Of a DNA stretch of 64,000 nt, positions 1 to 11,400 are shown piece after piece. The stretch is from Chiloscyllium plagiosum. Lineage: Eukaryota. The translations under genes were made by a program, and so were the position numbers. The notes beneath the pieces are model-generated. The model was given only the letters and a program-made list of their open reading frames with translations, did no database searches and had not been told where the DNA came from. The number at the start of each line of letters is the position of its first letter. The stretch's first letter is position 1. The stretch is from positions 2,818,343 through 2,882,342 of the forward strand of contig NC_057720.1 in assembly GCF_004010195.1 (NCBI RefSeq), read 5' to 3'.

Positions 1-254
1 CAACCCTGCACCTCCCTGGGCTAACCCACCTAGCCTGCATATCCCTGGACACTATGGACAATTTCCCAATGATCAATCCAGCTAACCTGCACATCTTTGG
101 ACTGTGGGAGGGAACCGGTGCACCCAGAGGAAATCCACGCAAACACGGAGAGAATGTGCAAACTCCAAACAGACAGTCACTCGAGGGTGGGATCGAACCC
201 GGGTCCCTGATGCTGTGAGGCTGCAGTGCTAACCCTTGAGCCACCATGCTGCCC
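1..254 (-). mobile_element. HE1-type tRNA-derived V-SINE (3' end runs off window)
   Basis: Reverse complement has an A-box head, GGTTCGATCCC B-box and the core gagtttgcacattctc...ctcccacagtccaaagatgtgcagg shared with about 11 other copies here. Confidence 0.9.
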
Positions 255-656
255 ATAATAACAAAAAAAAATTAAATTACCAGAAAGAAATAAAAATTAA
301 TGGGAGTTTGTCACATTCTTAAGACCATGAGAGCAACCCATCATGTCTGCTCCACTATTCAGTAAGATCCTGGCTGATCTGATCATCCACAACTCCACTT
401 CCCTTTTTTTCCCCATCTTTTGATTATGTTCTACTTGCCCATGTGTAAGTGAGTACATATAGATCCGACATTTGTTCATCACAAGGATTAAAGGGATGTT
501 AGAATGAGCAGACGATCAGGTGGAGTTAGGTGGAATCAGTGTTCCTGTGGTACATAAACCCTGGCTCAGGTCAGTTTGGTGAATGGCCTGTGATACAGGA
601 AGTTGAAGGGAAGGGGCTGTTGGCCATGGTTTAGGGAGTTGAAAGGAAGTGATATA

Positions 657-863
657 CAGAGGAACCTAGATTATCCGAATGACACGGGCAGGAAGTATTT
701 TGTTCGGATAATCAAATGTTCCAATAATCAAACGTTCCGATAATTGAATGTCCAATAATCGAACGTTCGGATAACGCAGTTAGTCAAGCATCGGGACCTT
801 GTGATCTTGTTTGGATCATCCGAAATTTGGGTAATCGGTGTTCGGATGATCAAAGTTCCTCTG
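657..863. mobile_element. MITE of Tc1/mariner-pogo/Tigger type
   Basis: TA|CAGAGGAACCTAGATTATCCGAA ... TTCGGATGATCAAAGTTCCTCTG|TA: 23-bp TIRs (3 mismatches) starting CAG, flanked by TA; internal ~17-bp repeats of the TIR motif. Confidence 0.8.
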
Positions 864-899
864 TAGTAGGCAGACGGAGAGAGAGAAAGAGAGAGAAGC

Positions 900-1090
900 A
901 AGCACACAGAAAGCTGGAGAAACTCAGCAGGTCTGGCAGCATCTGTGGAGAGAGAAACAGAATGAAGATTTCGACTCTAGTGACCCTTCTTCAGAACCTG
1001 TTGTAAACTCTGCTGCCAGACCTACTGATTGTGTCCAGCAATTTCTGGTTTTGTTTTGGATCTCCAGCATCCACAGTTGTCGGTTTTATT
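900..1090. mobile_element. Palindromic Penelope-derived short element, family C
   Basis: gctggagaaactcagcaggtctggcagcatctgtggag arm followed by its inverted copy; decayed hammerhead-like motif at the centre. Confidence 0.7.
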
Positions 1091-1254
1091 TGGATGGTCA
1101 GTTGTTGGTTCTATTTGGAGGGTCAGTTGTCGGTTTTATTTGGATGGTCAGTTGTTGGTTCTATTTGGATGGTCAGTTGTCAGTTTTATTTGGAGGGTCA
1201 GTTGTTGATTGTATTTGGTGGGTCAGTTGTTGGTTCTATTTGGTGGGTCAGTTG
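1074..1254 (+). repeat. 25-bp minisatellite, 7 units plus a partial
   Basis: Unit cagttgt(c/t)ggtt(t/c)tatttgga(t/g)ggt at an exact 25-bp period. Confidence 0.95.
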
Positions 1255-1669
1255 AGCTGGTTCAAAGTGCTGCTGACACTGAGGGGATGGAGGTATCCCA
1301 CTCCAACACGCTGACACTTCTCACAAAGCATCATAGTCACAGAGAAACACAGAAAGCAGGAGCAGGTCATTTGGCTCTCATGCCTGCTGTCCCATTCATG
1401 AAGATCACAGCTGATCCTCTCTCTCAATGCTATATTCCTGTTTCCTCTCCAGGCCTCTTGATAAAATTTGGAAGTGTTCTCAATCTCTTTCTTGAATATA
1501 CTCAGTCTGTCAGCCTCCACACCTTCCTGTGAGTCTGTTGGCTGGTTGCCAATTTGACTCCCCCTTATGCCCCCACCCTAGAAATTCAATCAGTGCTGGT
1601 CATTGGAGTTCAGTCTGAGCTTGGAACACTAGAGTGATGCTCTCACAAGAGAATCAAGGAATCCTTTCC

Positions 1670-1985
1670 TCACAGGATGTGGGAAGTACTGGTCAGGACA
1701 GCATTTGATATTCATTTCTAATTGCCCTTGAACTGAATGGCTGTCTTGATCATTTTAGAATCACATGTAGGCCAGACTGGGTAAGGATGGAGGATTTCTT
1801 TCCCTAAAGGACATTACTGAACCAGATGGATCTTGGTGACAATCTAACCAATACTGAGATGAGTTTTACATTCTAGATTTGTTAAATGAATTTAAATTCC
1901 ATCAGCTATGGAGGTCATGATTTAAGCCCACAACATTGGCATGTTCCTTTGGGTTACTAGGCCTGTGACATTACCATTACTCCCC
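1670..1985 (-). mobile_element. Second shark SINE family (tail shared with a CR1-like family); related copies ~24000-24145, 32700-33080, 43150-43495, 58190-58620, 58770-59070
   Basis: Recurring core ggttcactaatgtcctttagggaaggaaatctgcc...gtctggcctacatgtgactccagacccacagc in all copies. Confidence 0.65.
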
Positions 1986-2382
1986 TATTTCCCCAACACA
2001 AATGTGCTTAAAATGTGGAATTTCCACTGGTAGACAGTTAGCAATGTCCTTTTTTGTTATTCACACGTGGGACATGGGTGTCACTGACTGGGCGAGTCTT
2101 TATTGCCTGTCCCCAGTTGGACCTTAAGAAGGTGGGGTCTGCTGCTTTCTTCATCCTTTGTAGTCCAATGTTAAGAATTGAAATTGAAGATTGTTTGAAT
2201 TTTGATAGTCTTGGGTATTGAGGGATACCGAGCCAAGGTGGAAGGATAGAATTAAGAGCATTGAATAGCAGAACAGACTTGAGGGGCTGAATAGCCTCTG
2301 TTTGATATAAATTTGATGTAATTGTTTTTAGCTGTTGAAAGTCTTGTTTACTTCTGGCAAACAATAAATCAATTTGTTTTAG

Positions 2383-2436
2383 GGAAGACCTGGTCGGAAA
2401 GGATACCCCGGAGTGCTTGGATTAGACGGAATTAAG
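2383..2436 (+). CDS. COL24A1: Collagen exon A (54 bp) [18 protein letters not shown]
   Basis: ttttag|GGA...AAG|gtaatc; 6 Gly-X-Y triplets. Confidence 0.95.
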
Positions 2437-5400
2437 GTAATCGTTACATTCTTTCATTGCAAAAATCATTCTTACGTTGGGCACACAGTGCTACAGTTCC
2501 CTGTCAGTCAGGAAACCATTGTTGTTCCATCGACAGCTGGAAAGAATTATTCCTTTCAAATTACATGTGACATGTTTACATCACTAATAATAAATATTTT
2601 CCATCCTTCCTCTGATCATACAGGGAGAGCAGGGAGATTTGGGAAACATTGGGAAGATTGGAGAACAGGTAGGTTTGAGTCTTTGCCACATCCAATTGAT
2701 TTTAAGCATCAAGAAGGAGATGTGTGTTTAGATCTGGCATTAACTTCGCCTTTACAATGTTAGGTCGATATCAGAACTGATGGTAGTTCTTTTGGTGAGA
2801 CACTGGGGACTCATCTGGAACCAGTGCTTTGTAAGTTCAATTGAAATGATGACAATGAGCATGTTGTTCTGTCCATACACAGGTGAGGCTGAGGGGTGAC
2901 CTTATAGAGGTTTATAAAATCATGAGGGGCATGGATAGGATAAATAGACGAAGTCTTTTCCCTGGGGTGGGGGAGTCCAGAACGAGAGGGCATAGGTTTA
3001 GGATGAGAGGAGAAAGATTTAAAAGGGACCTAAGGGACAACTTTTTCACGCAGAGGGTGGTGCGTGTATGGAATGAGCTGCCAGAGGAAGTGGTGGAGGC
3101 TGGTACAATTGCGACATTTAAAAGGCATCTGGATGGATATATGATAGGAAGGGTTTGGAGGGATATGGGCCAATTGCTGGCTAATGGGATTAGATTGAGT
3201 GAGTATATCTGGTCGGCATGGATGAGTTGGACCGAAAGGTCTATTTCCACGTTGTACATCTCTATGACTCTTAGTGTTCGGTTGTCAATTGCATTATTAA
3301 TGTTACAAAACGTTTGTTGCCAAAGTTTCTGTCTTGAATTCATCAGGACGAGTACAAAAATACCAAGTTGCAAACATTCAGAACAATTTACACTTCAGGA
3401 GTAAAGAATTGGCGAGTTTTGAGAAGATTTGTAGCTCAAGTTGAGGTTCTGGATGTCGGTTTGCTCACTGAGCTGGAAGCTTCATTTTCAGATGTTTCAC
3501 CAGCATACTAGGTAACATCTTCAGTGAGCCTCCGGACAAAGCACTGCTGATGATTCCTGCTTTCTATTTATAATGTTTGGGTTTCTTTGCATTGGTGATG
3601 TCATTTCCTGTGGTCACCCAGACCTCTCTGTACATCAATTCTCCCCGGGGCTTTTCCATTTACTGTATAGTTCGCTCGTGAATTGGAATTTTCAAAATGT
3701 ATCACCTCGCATTTGCTTGGATTGAACTCCTCGCATTTCTCTGCCCAACTCTCCAGTCTATCTATATTCTGCTGCATTCTCTGACAATCCCCTTCACTAT
3801 CTGCCACTCCACTAATCTTAGTGTCAACTGCAAACTTGCTAATCAGACCACCGATACCTTCCTGCAAATCATTTATATATATATCCTGAACAACAGTGGT
3901 CCTAACACGGATCTCTGTGGGACACCACTGGTCACAGGTCTCCATTTTGAGAAACTCCCTTCCACTACTACTCTCTGTCTCCTGTTGCCCAGCCAGTTCT
4001 CTATCCATCTAGTGAGTACACCCTGGCCCCATGTGACTTCACTTTCTCCATCATGCAAACATTCAGAACAATTTACACTTCAGGAGTAAAGAATTGGCGA
4101 GTTTTGAGAAGATTTGTAGCTCAAGTTGAGGTTCTGGATGTAGGTTTGCTCACTGAGCTGGAAGCTTCATTTTCAGATGTTTCACCAGCATACTAGGTAA
4201 CATCTTCAGTGAGCCTCCGGACAAAGCACTGCTGATGATTCCTGCTTTCTATTTATAATGTTTGGGTTTCTTTGCATTGGTGATGTCATTTCCTGTGGTC
4301 ACCCAGACCTCTCTGTACATCAATTCTCCCCAGGGCTTTTCCATTTACTGTATAGTTCGCTCTTGAATTGGAATTTTCAAAATGTATCACCTCGCATTTG
4401 CTTGGATTGAACTCCATCTGGCATTTCTCTGCCCAACTCTCCAGTCTATCTATATTCTGCTGCATTCTCTGACAGTCCCCTTCACTATCTGCCACTCCAC
4501 TAATCTTAGTGTCAACTGCAAACTTGCTAATCAGACCACCGATACCTTCCTGCAAATCATTTATATATATATCCCAAACAACAGTGGTCCTAACACGGAT
4601 CCCTGTGGGACACCACTGGTCACAGGTCTCCATTTTGAGAAACTCCCTTCCACTACTACTCTCTGTCTCCTGTTGCCCAGCCAGTTCTCTATCCATCTAG
4701 TGAGTACACCCTGGCCCCATGTGACTTCACTTTCTCCATCAGCCTACCATGGGGAACCTTATCAAACACCTTACTAAGGTCCATGTATATGCCATCTATA
4801 GCCCTTCCCCCATTAATCAACTTTGTCACCTCCATGAAGAATTCTATTAGGTTTGTAAAACCTTTCGGTCCAACTCATCCATGCCGACCAGATATACTCA
4901 CCCAAAAACCATACTGCCCATTGCTGATAAGCCCATTTTCTTCCAAATGGGTATAGATCTTATCCCTCAGTATCTTCTCCAACAGCTTCCCTACCACTGA
5001 CATCAGGCTCACTGGTCTATAATTACCTGGGCTATCCCTACTACCCTTCTTGAACAAGGGGACAACATTAGCAATTCTCCAGTCCTCTGGGACCTCCCCC
5101 ATGTTTAAGGATGCTGCAATGATATCTGTTAAAGCTCCAGCTATTTCCTCTCTCGCTTCCCTCAGTAACCTGGGATAGATCCCATCCGGACCTGGGGACT
5201 TGTCCACCTTAATGCCTTTTAGAATACCCAAAACTTCCTCTCTCCTTATGCTGACCTGACTGAGAGTAACCTAACCTCAACATCCGCCATGTCCCTCTCC
5301 TCAGTGAATACCGATGCAAAGTACTCATTAAGAATCTCACCCGTTTTCTCTGACTCCACGCATAACTTTCCTCCTTTGTCCTTTCTCTAGTTACTTTCTT

Positions 5401-8400
5401 GTTCTTTATATATGAAAAAAAAAGGCTTTGTGATTTTGCTTAACCTTGTCTGCTAAATATATCTCTTGACCCCTTTCAGCCCTCTTAATTCCTCATTTCA
5501 GATTGGTCTTACTTTCCCGATAGTCTTCCAAAGCTTTGTCCATCTTCAGTCGTCTGAATCTTATTTACACATCTTTTTCCTCTTAGCTAGTCTCACAATT
5601 TCACCTGTCATCCATGGTTCCCTCATCTTGCCATTTTAATCCCTCATTTTCACAGGAACATACCTCTCCTAAACTCTAATCAACCTCCCTTTAAAAGCCT
5701 CCCAAATATTGAATGTGGGTTTCCCTTCAAACAGCTGCTCCCAATCCACATTCCCCAGCTCCTGCCGAATTGTGGTATAGCTGGCCTTCCCCCAGTTTAG
5801 CTCTTCCTTTAGATCCATTCTCATCTTTGTCTGTGAGTATTCTAAAACTTACAGAATTGTGATCACTGTTCCCAAAGTAATCCCCTACTGAAACTTCAGT
5901 CGCCTGGCTGGGCTCATTCCCCAATACCAGATCCAGTGTGGCCCCTTTCCGAGTTTTACAAACTGCTCGAGAAAACCCTCCTGGATGCTCCTTACAAATT
6001 CTGCTCCATCCAGGCCTCTAATAATGTGAATCCCAGTCAATATTGGGAAAATTAAAATCTATCACCACCCTGTTGCTCGTCCATCTTTCCATGATCTGTT
6101 TCCATATTTGTACCTCTACCTCACGCTCACTGTTGAGAGGCCTGTTCCAGCAGCTTTCCTATTTCTGAGCTCTGCCCATATTGCCTCACTGCTCAAGTCC
6201 TCCATAGTGCCCTCCTTCAGCCCAGCTGTGATATCCTCTCTGACCAGTAATGTAACTCCTCCACCCGTTTTACCTCCCTCTCTATCCTGCCTGAAACATT
6301 GCTATCCTGAGATATTTAGCTGCCAATCATGCCCTTCTCTGAAGTCTCAGTAATAGCAATAATATCATACTCCCAGGTACTAATCCAAGTCCTAAGTTCA
6401 TCTGCCTTACCTACTACACTACTTGCATTAAAACAAATGCACCTTAGACCACCTGCCCCTTTATGTCCATCATCTGATCCCTGCTTACTCTTCCCCTTAG
6501 TCACACTGACTTCATTATCTAGTTCCTTACAGGCTTTAGTTACTACCTCTTGACAGTCCACTAACCTCCTCATTTGGTTCCCATCCCCCTGCCACACTAG
6601 TTTAAACCCTCCCCAACAGCGTTAGTAAAAGCCCCCCCCCCAAGGACATTGGTTCCAGTCTGGCCCAGGTGGAGACTGTCCAATTTGTAATAGTCCCGCC
6701 TTTCCCAGAACCAGTCCCAATGTCCCAAAAATCTGAACCTCTCCCTCCTGCACTATCTCTCAAGCCACACATTCACCCTGAATATTCCGTCGTTCCTACT
6801 CTGACTAATGCGTGGCACTGGTAGCAATCCTGAGATTACTACCTCGGAGCTCCTACTTTTTAACTTGGTCCCTAACTCCCTAAATTCTGCTTGTAGGACC
6901 TCGTCCCGTTTATTACCTATATCATTGGTATCTATATGCACCATGACAACTGGCTGTTCATCCTCCCCCTTGAGAATTGTTCTGCAGCCAATCCAAGACA
7001 TCCCCGACCCGTGCACCTGGGAGATAACATCCCATTCGGTAGTCTCATTTTCGACCACAGAGCTGCCTATCTACTCCCTTTACAATTGAATCCCTTACTA
7101 CTATAGCCCTTCCACTCCGTTTCCTGCCCTTCTGTACAGCAGAGCCAGCCACGGTGCCATGAACCTGGCTACTGCTATTTTTCCCTGGTGAGCCATCTCC
7201 CCCAACAGTATCAAAAACGGTATACCTGTTTTGGAGGGAGATGACTGCATGGGACACTTGCACTGCCTTCCTGCTCTTTCTCTGCCTTTTGGTCACCCAT
7301 TCCCTTTCTCCCTCAGCAATCCTAATCTGCAGTGTGACCAATTCACTAAATGTGTTGCCCACAACCCCCTCAGCATTGCGAATGCTCCAAAGTAAGTCCA
7401 TCTGCAGCTCCAGAGCCGTCATGCGGTCTAACAAGAGCTGCAGCTGGACACACTTCTGCACATGAAGGAGTCAGGGACATCAGCCACATCCCTGAGCTCC
7501 CACATTGAGGAAGAGGAGCATAACACGGGTCTGAGATCGCCTGCCATTTATAATGTTAAATCTAACTTTAGTCTTAGCTTATGTAAATGAAAAAGAAAAG
7601 TTTTCACCAATCACTCAATAAAACAATAAAAAAAAACAGGAAATAGAAAAACCTGATCAACTCACCACGGAGTCTCTTTATTTTGGTTAGATGAGGAGAG
7701 CGGGTGGGAGACACTGCATGTGTAGTGTCTTGGGTTCAGCAGCTACCCAAATAAAATGGTTTCACTCACCTTCCCAGCAACCCTCTGGTCCTCGCTCTCA
7801 CCTCTCGACCAATGGACACCCCGACAGGGACTCTAGGCTCCTCCTCGCCAGTTCCAGGGTCTTTCAAAAACAGCCTGATGCCCAAACGTATTCCTTTGGT
7901 TTTACAGAGAATGGGTCCCTCAGTGTGAGTGCATTGTCACTTCTATTCATGTTTCAAGCTCAAGTGTTTAGATTTCTTTGTTGTTAGTGTTAGTGTAGCC
8001 ACGAACACACTCAGGGCTGTATTTGAAGCAATACTCAGGTTCTCCCAAGAGGCTGCTGCCATTATTAATTTTCAAAAGGAGGCAAAAGGGTGGCCAAAAT
8101 TCCTACTGGTCAATAGAGATGATATATCTGAATATCACAAGACATAAGAGCAGCAGTAGGCCATTCAGGCCATTGAGTCTGCTCTGCTATTCAGTGTGAT
8201 CATGGCTGATCTGATAACCCTCAACTCCAATTTCCTGCCTTTCCCCCATATCCCTGATTCTCTTCCTGGTTAAACATCTACAATGTGGAGGTGCTGGTCT
8301 TGGACTGGGGTGTACAAAGTCAGAAGTCACATGACACATGACACCAGGTTATAACCCAACAGGTTTATATGTAATCACCATGGTGGGCCAGTGGTTAGCA

Positions 8401-11400
8401 CTGCTGCCTCACAGCGCCAAGGAATGGGGTTCAATTCCAGTCTCAGGTGACTGTGCGGAGTTTGCACATTCTCCCCGTGTCTGTGTGGGTTTCCTCCGGG
8501 TGCTCCGGTTTCCTCACACTGTCCAAAGATGTGCAGGTTAGGGTGGATTGCCATAATATTCAGGGATGTGTCAGTTAGGTGCATTAGTTAGGGATAAATG
8601 TAGAGTAGTAGGGTAAGGGAGCTGGTGACTCTTCAGAGGGTCAGTGTGGATTTGTTGGGCTGAAAGGCCTGTTTCCACATTTTAGGGATGCTCTGGATTC
8701 TGTGATAAGCTTTCGGAGCACTGCTCCTTCATCAGTTGAAGTTAAAACGCTGTCTCTCTCAGCGTTGAATATACTTAACAAGCCAGCCTCGACAGCCCTT
8801 TGTAGGAAAGAATTCCACTTCCCTCTGAGAGAAGCTGATCCTCCTCATCTCTGTCATAAATTTGTGACCCCTTATTCTGAGATGATGCCCTCTGGTTCCA
8901 GATTCTCGTACAAGGGGAAACAGCATTCAACCTGTCAGGTCTCCATCTTTGATGTTTCAGTAGGGGCACCTCTTATTCTTTGAGATTCCAGTGAGTATGT
9001 AGCCAACCTACTCAGCCTCTCCTCAGAAGACAGTCCCTCCTTATCTGGAACCAGCCGAGTGAAGCTTCTCTGGGCTGCCTCCAATGTCAGTGCATCTGTC
9101 CTGAGATAAAGGCCCCAAAACTGGTCTTGGTATTCCAGCTGTGGTCTGACCAGTGCCTTGTTTAGTTTTAGAAAACCTCTCTACTTCAATACGTTATTCC
9201 CTTTCCTGTTACCTGCTAAATGTGGATGTTAACGTTTTGCGATTCCTTGCAAATCTTTGGATGATTTGTGCCACATGGTGTATTTCTGTACTGTAACACC
9301 TGCTACGTCACGGTAAAACAGGCCATTCAGCCCAGATGGTCCGGGCTAGTATTTACGCTGCAAACGAGTGTCACCTTAACCCTTGCCACCTCACCCTATC
9401 ACCAGATCCTTCAATGACTTTCTCCCTCGGGTTGTTAACTAACTTTCCCGACACATATCTCTGCCTGTCCCCTTAATTACTCTGTGTGGAGGTGAGGGCT
9501 GCACTCTCATCACTCTCAGTGTAAAGAGGTTGTTCCAGAATTCCCCATTGAGTTTATCACTGCCTCTGTTTTGCTAAAACTCCTGATTTTGGATGCTCCC
9601 ATTTCTGCATTTTAAAATGTACCCTAGTGTCGATTATTTTACCAATCCACTTTGAAGTGGTTAAGTCATCGTGGACATGTCCTGTGGGAACAGCAGTCCT
9701 GTTGCATAACAGACATTTACACACGTTCAGATTGGTAACTTCAGTCCTTCTTTGTATCGTAGTTTTAACATGCAGTGCTTGTAAAACAGAAAAAAAAAGC
9801 CATTGGTTAGAACTAAATGATAATCCATTGCTCTTGCACAAGCAGCTCCTGTAGATTTGCTGCTACACTGGAGGGCAATACTCAGTCTGAGAAGAGACTC
9901 TAATATATTCAAATAATGCACAGGGCTATGGGGATAAAGCAGGAGATTGGCATTAGGCAATAAAGCTCGCTGCGGGAGCTCAAGCGAGCACAATTGCCCG
10001 TTCTGTGCTGTAAGAAATCTAATTCTGTGACCTGAAGAGACCGATCAAATCCACGGGGAGATTTATGGTGCAACCTTTGTGATTTTAACAGAACAAATGA
10101 ACAGAAACTGTTTCCAATGGCAGCAAGGTACTGACACGAGACGATTAACCCAGGGACCTTGCTAATGTTCTGGAACAAAAACAGAAGTTGCTGAAAAAAC
10201 TCAGCAGGTCTGGCAGCATCCGTGAAGAGAAATCAGAGTTAATGTTTTGGGTCCAGTGACCCTTCTTCAGATAGACAATAGACAATAGGTGCAGGAGTAG
10301 GCCATTCTGCCCTTTGAGCCTGCACCACCATTCATTATGATCATGGCTGATTCATCCTCAATCAGTATCCTGTTCCTGCCTTACCTCCATAACCCTTAAT
10401 TCCACTATCCTTGAGACCTCTATCCAAGCATTCTTAAACAAATCCAGAGACTGGGCCTCCACTGCCTTCTGGGGCAGAGCATTCCACACACCCACCACTC
10501 TCTGGGTGAAGAAGTTTCTCCTCATCTCTGTCCTAAATGGCCTACCCCTTATTTTTAAGCTGTGTCTTCTGGTTCGATACTCACCCATCAGCGGAAACAT
10601 GCTTCCTGCCTCCAGAGTGTCCAATCCTTTAATAATCTTATACATCTCAATCAGATCCCCTCTCAGTCTTCTAAACTCAAGGATATACAAGCCCAGTCGC
10701 TCCAATCTTTCAACATAAGATAGTCCCGCCGTTCCAGGAATTGACCTCGTGAACCTACGCTGCACTCCCTCAATAGCCAGAATGGAGTGCAAGGTGGGTT
10801 TTTCAGGCAGAGGGTGGTGAGTGCCTGAGGTGTGCTGCAGGAGGAGGTGGTGGAGGCAGACACAACGGCAGCATTTGACAAGCACCTGGACGATAACATG
10901 AATAGCAATGGAATAGAATATAGAACAGAGAACAATACAGCGTAGAACAGGCCCTTCGGCCCTCAATGTTGCACCGACCTGTGAACTATTCTCAGCTTGT
11001 CCCCCTACACTATCCAAAATCATCCATGTGCTTATCTAAGGATTGTTTAAATATCCCTAATGTGGCTAAGTTGACTACATTCGCAGGTAGGGCATTCCAC
11101 GCCTTTACCACTCTCTTTACCGTAAAGAAATAGAAGGATACAGATCCTGTGAATGAAGACAGTTTTAGTATGAAAGGGCAAAAGGTGTCATTGCAGGATT
11201 GGAGGGCCAAGGGCTTGTTCCTGTGCTGCATTGTTCTTTAAAAAGTGCAGACTTGGACGTATAAGTGGACATAACATATTGCTGGGGTTGGAAAATTTTC
11301 TGTGGGTAAAACTTAAAAGAATCCAAGACACACTAAGGAAATAAATATTCTTGCAGACTTTGTAAAGAAAGAGACGCATTTTGATTTGCATTGTTTACAT

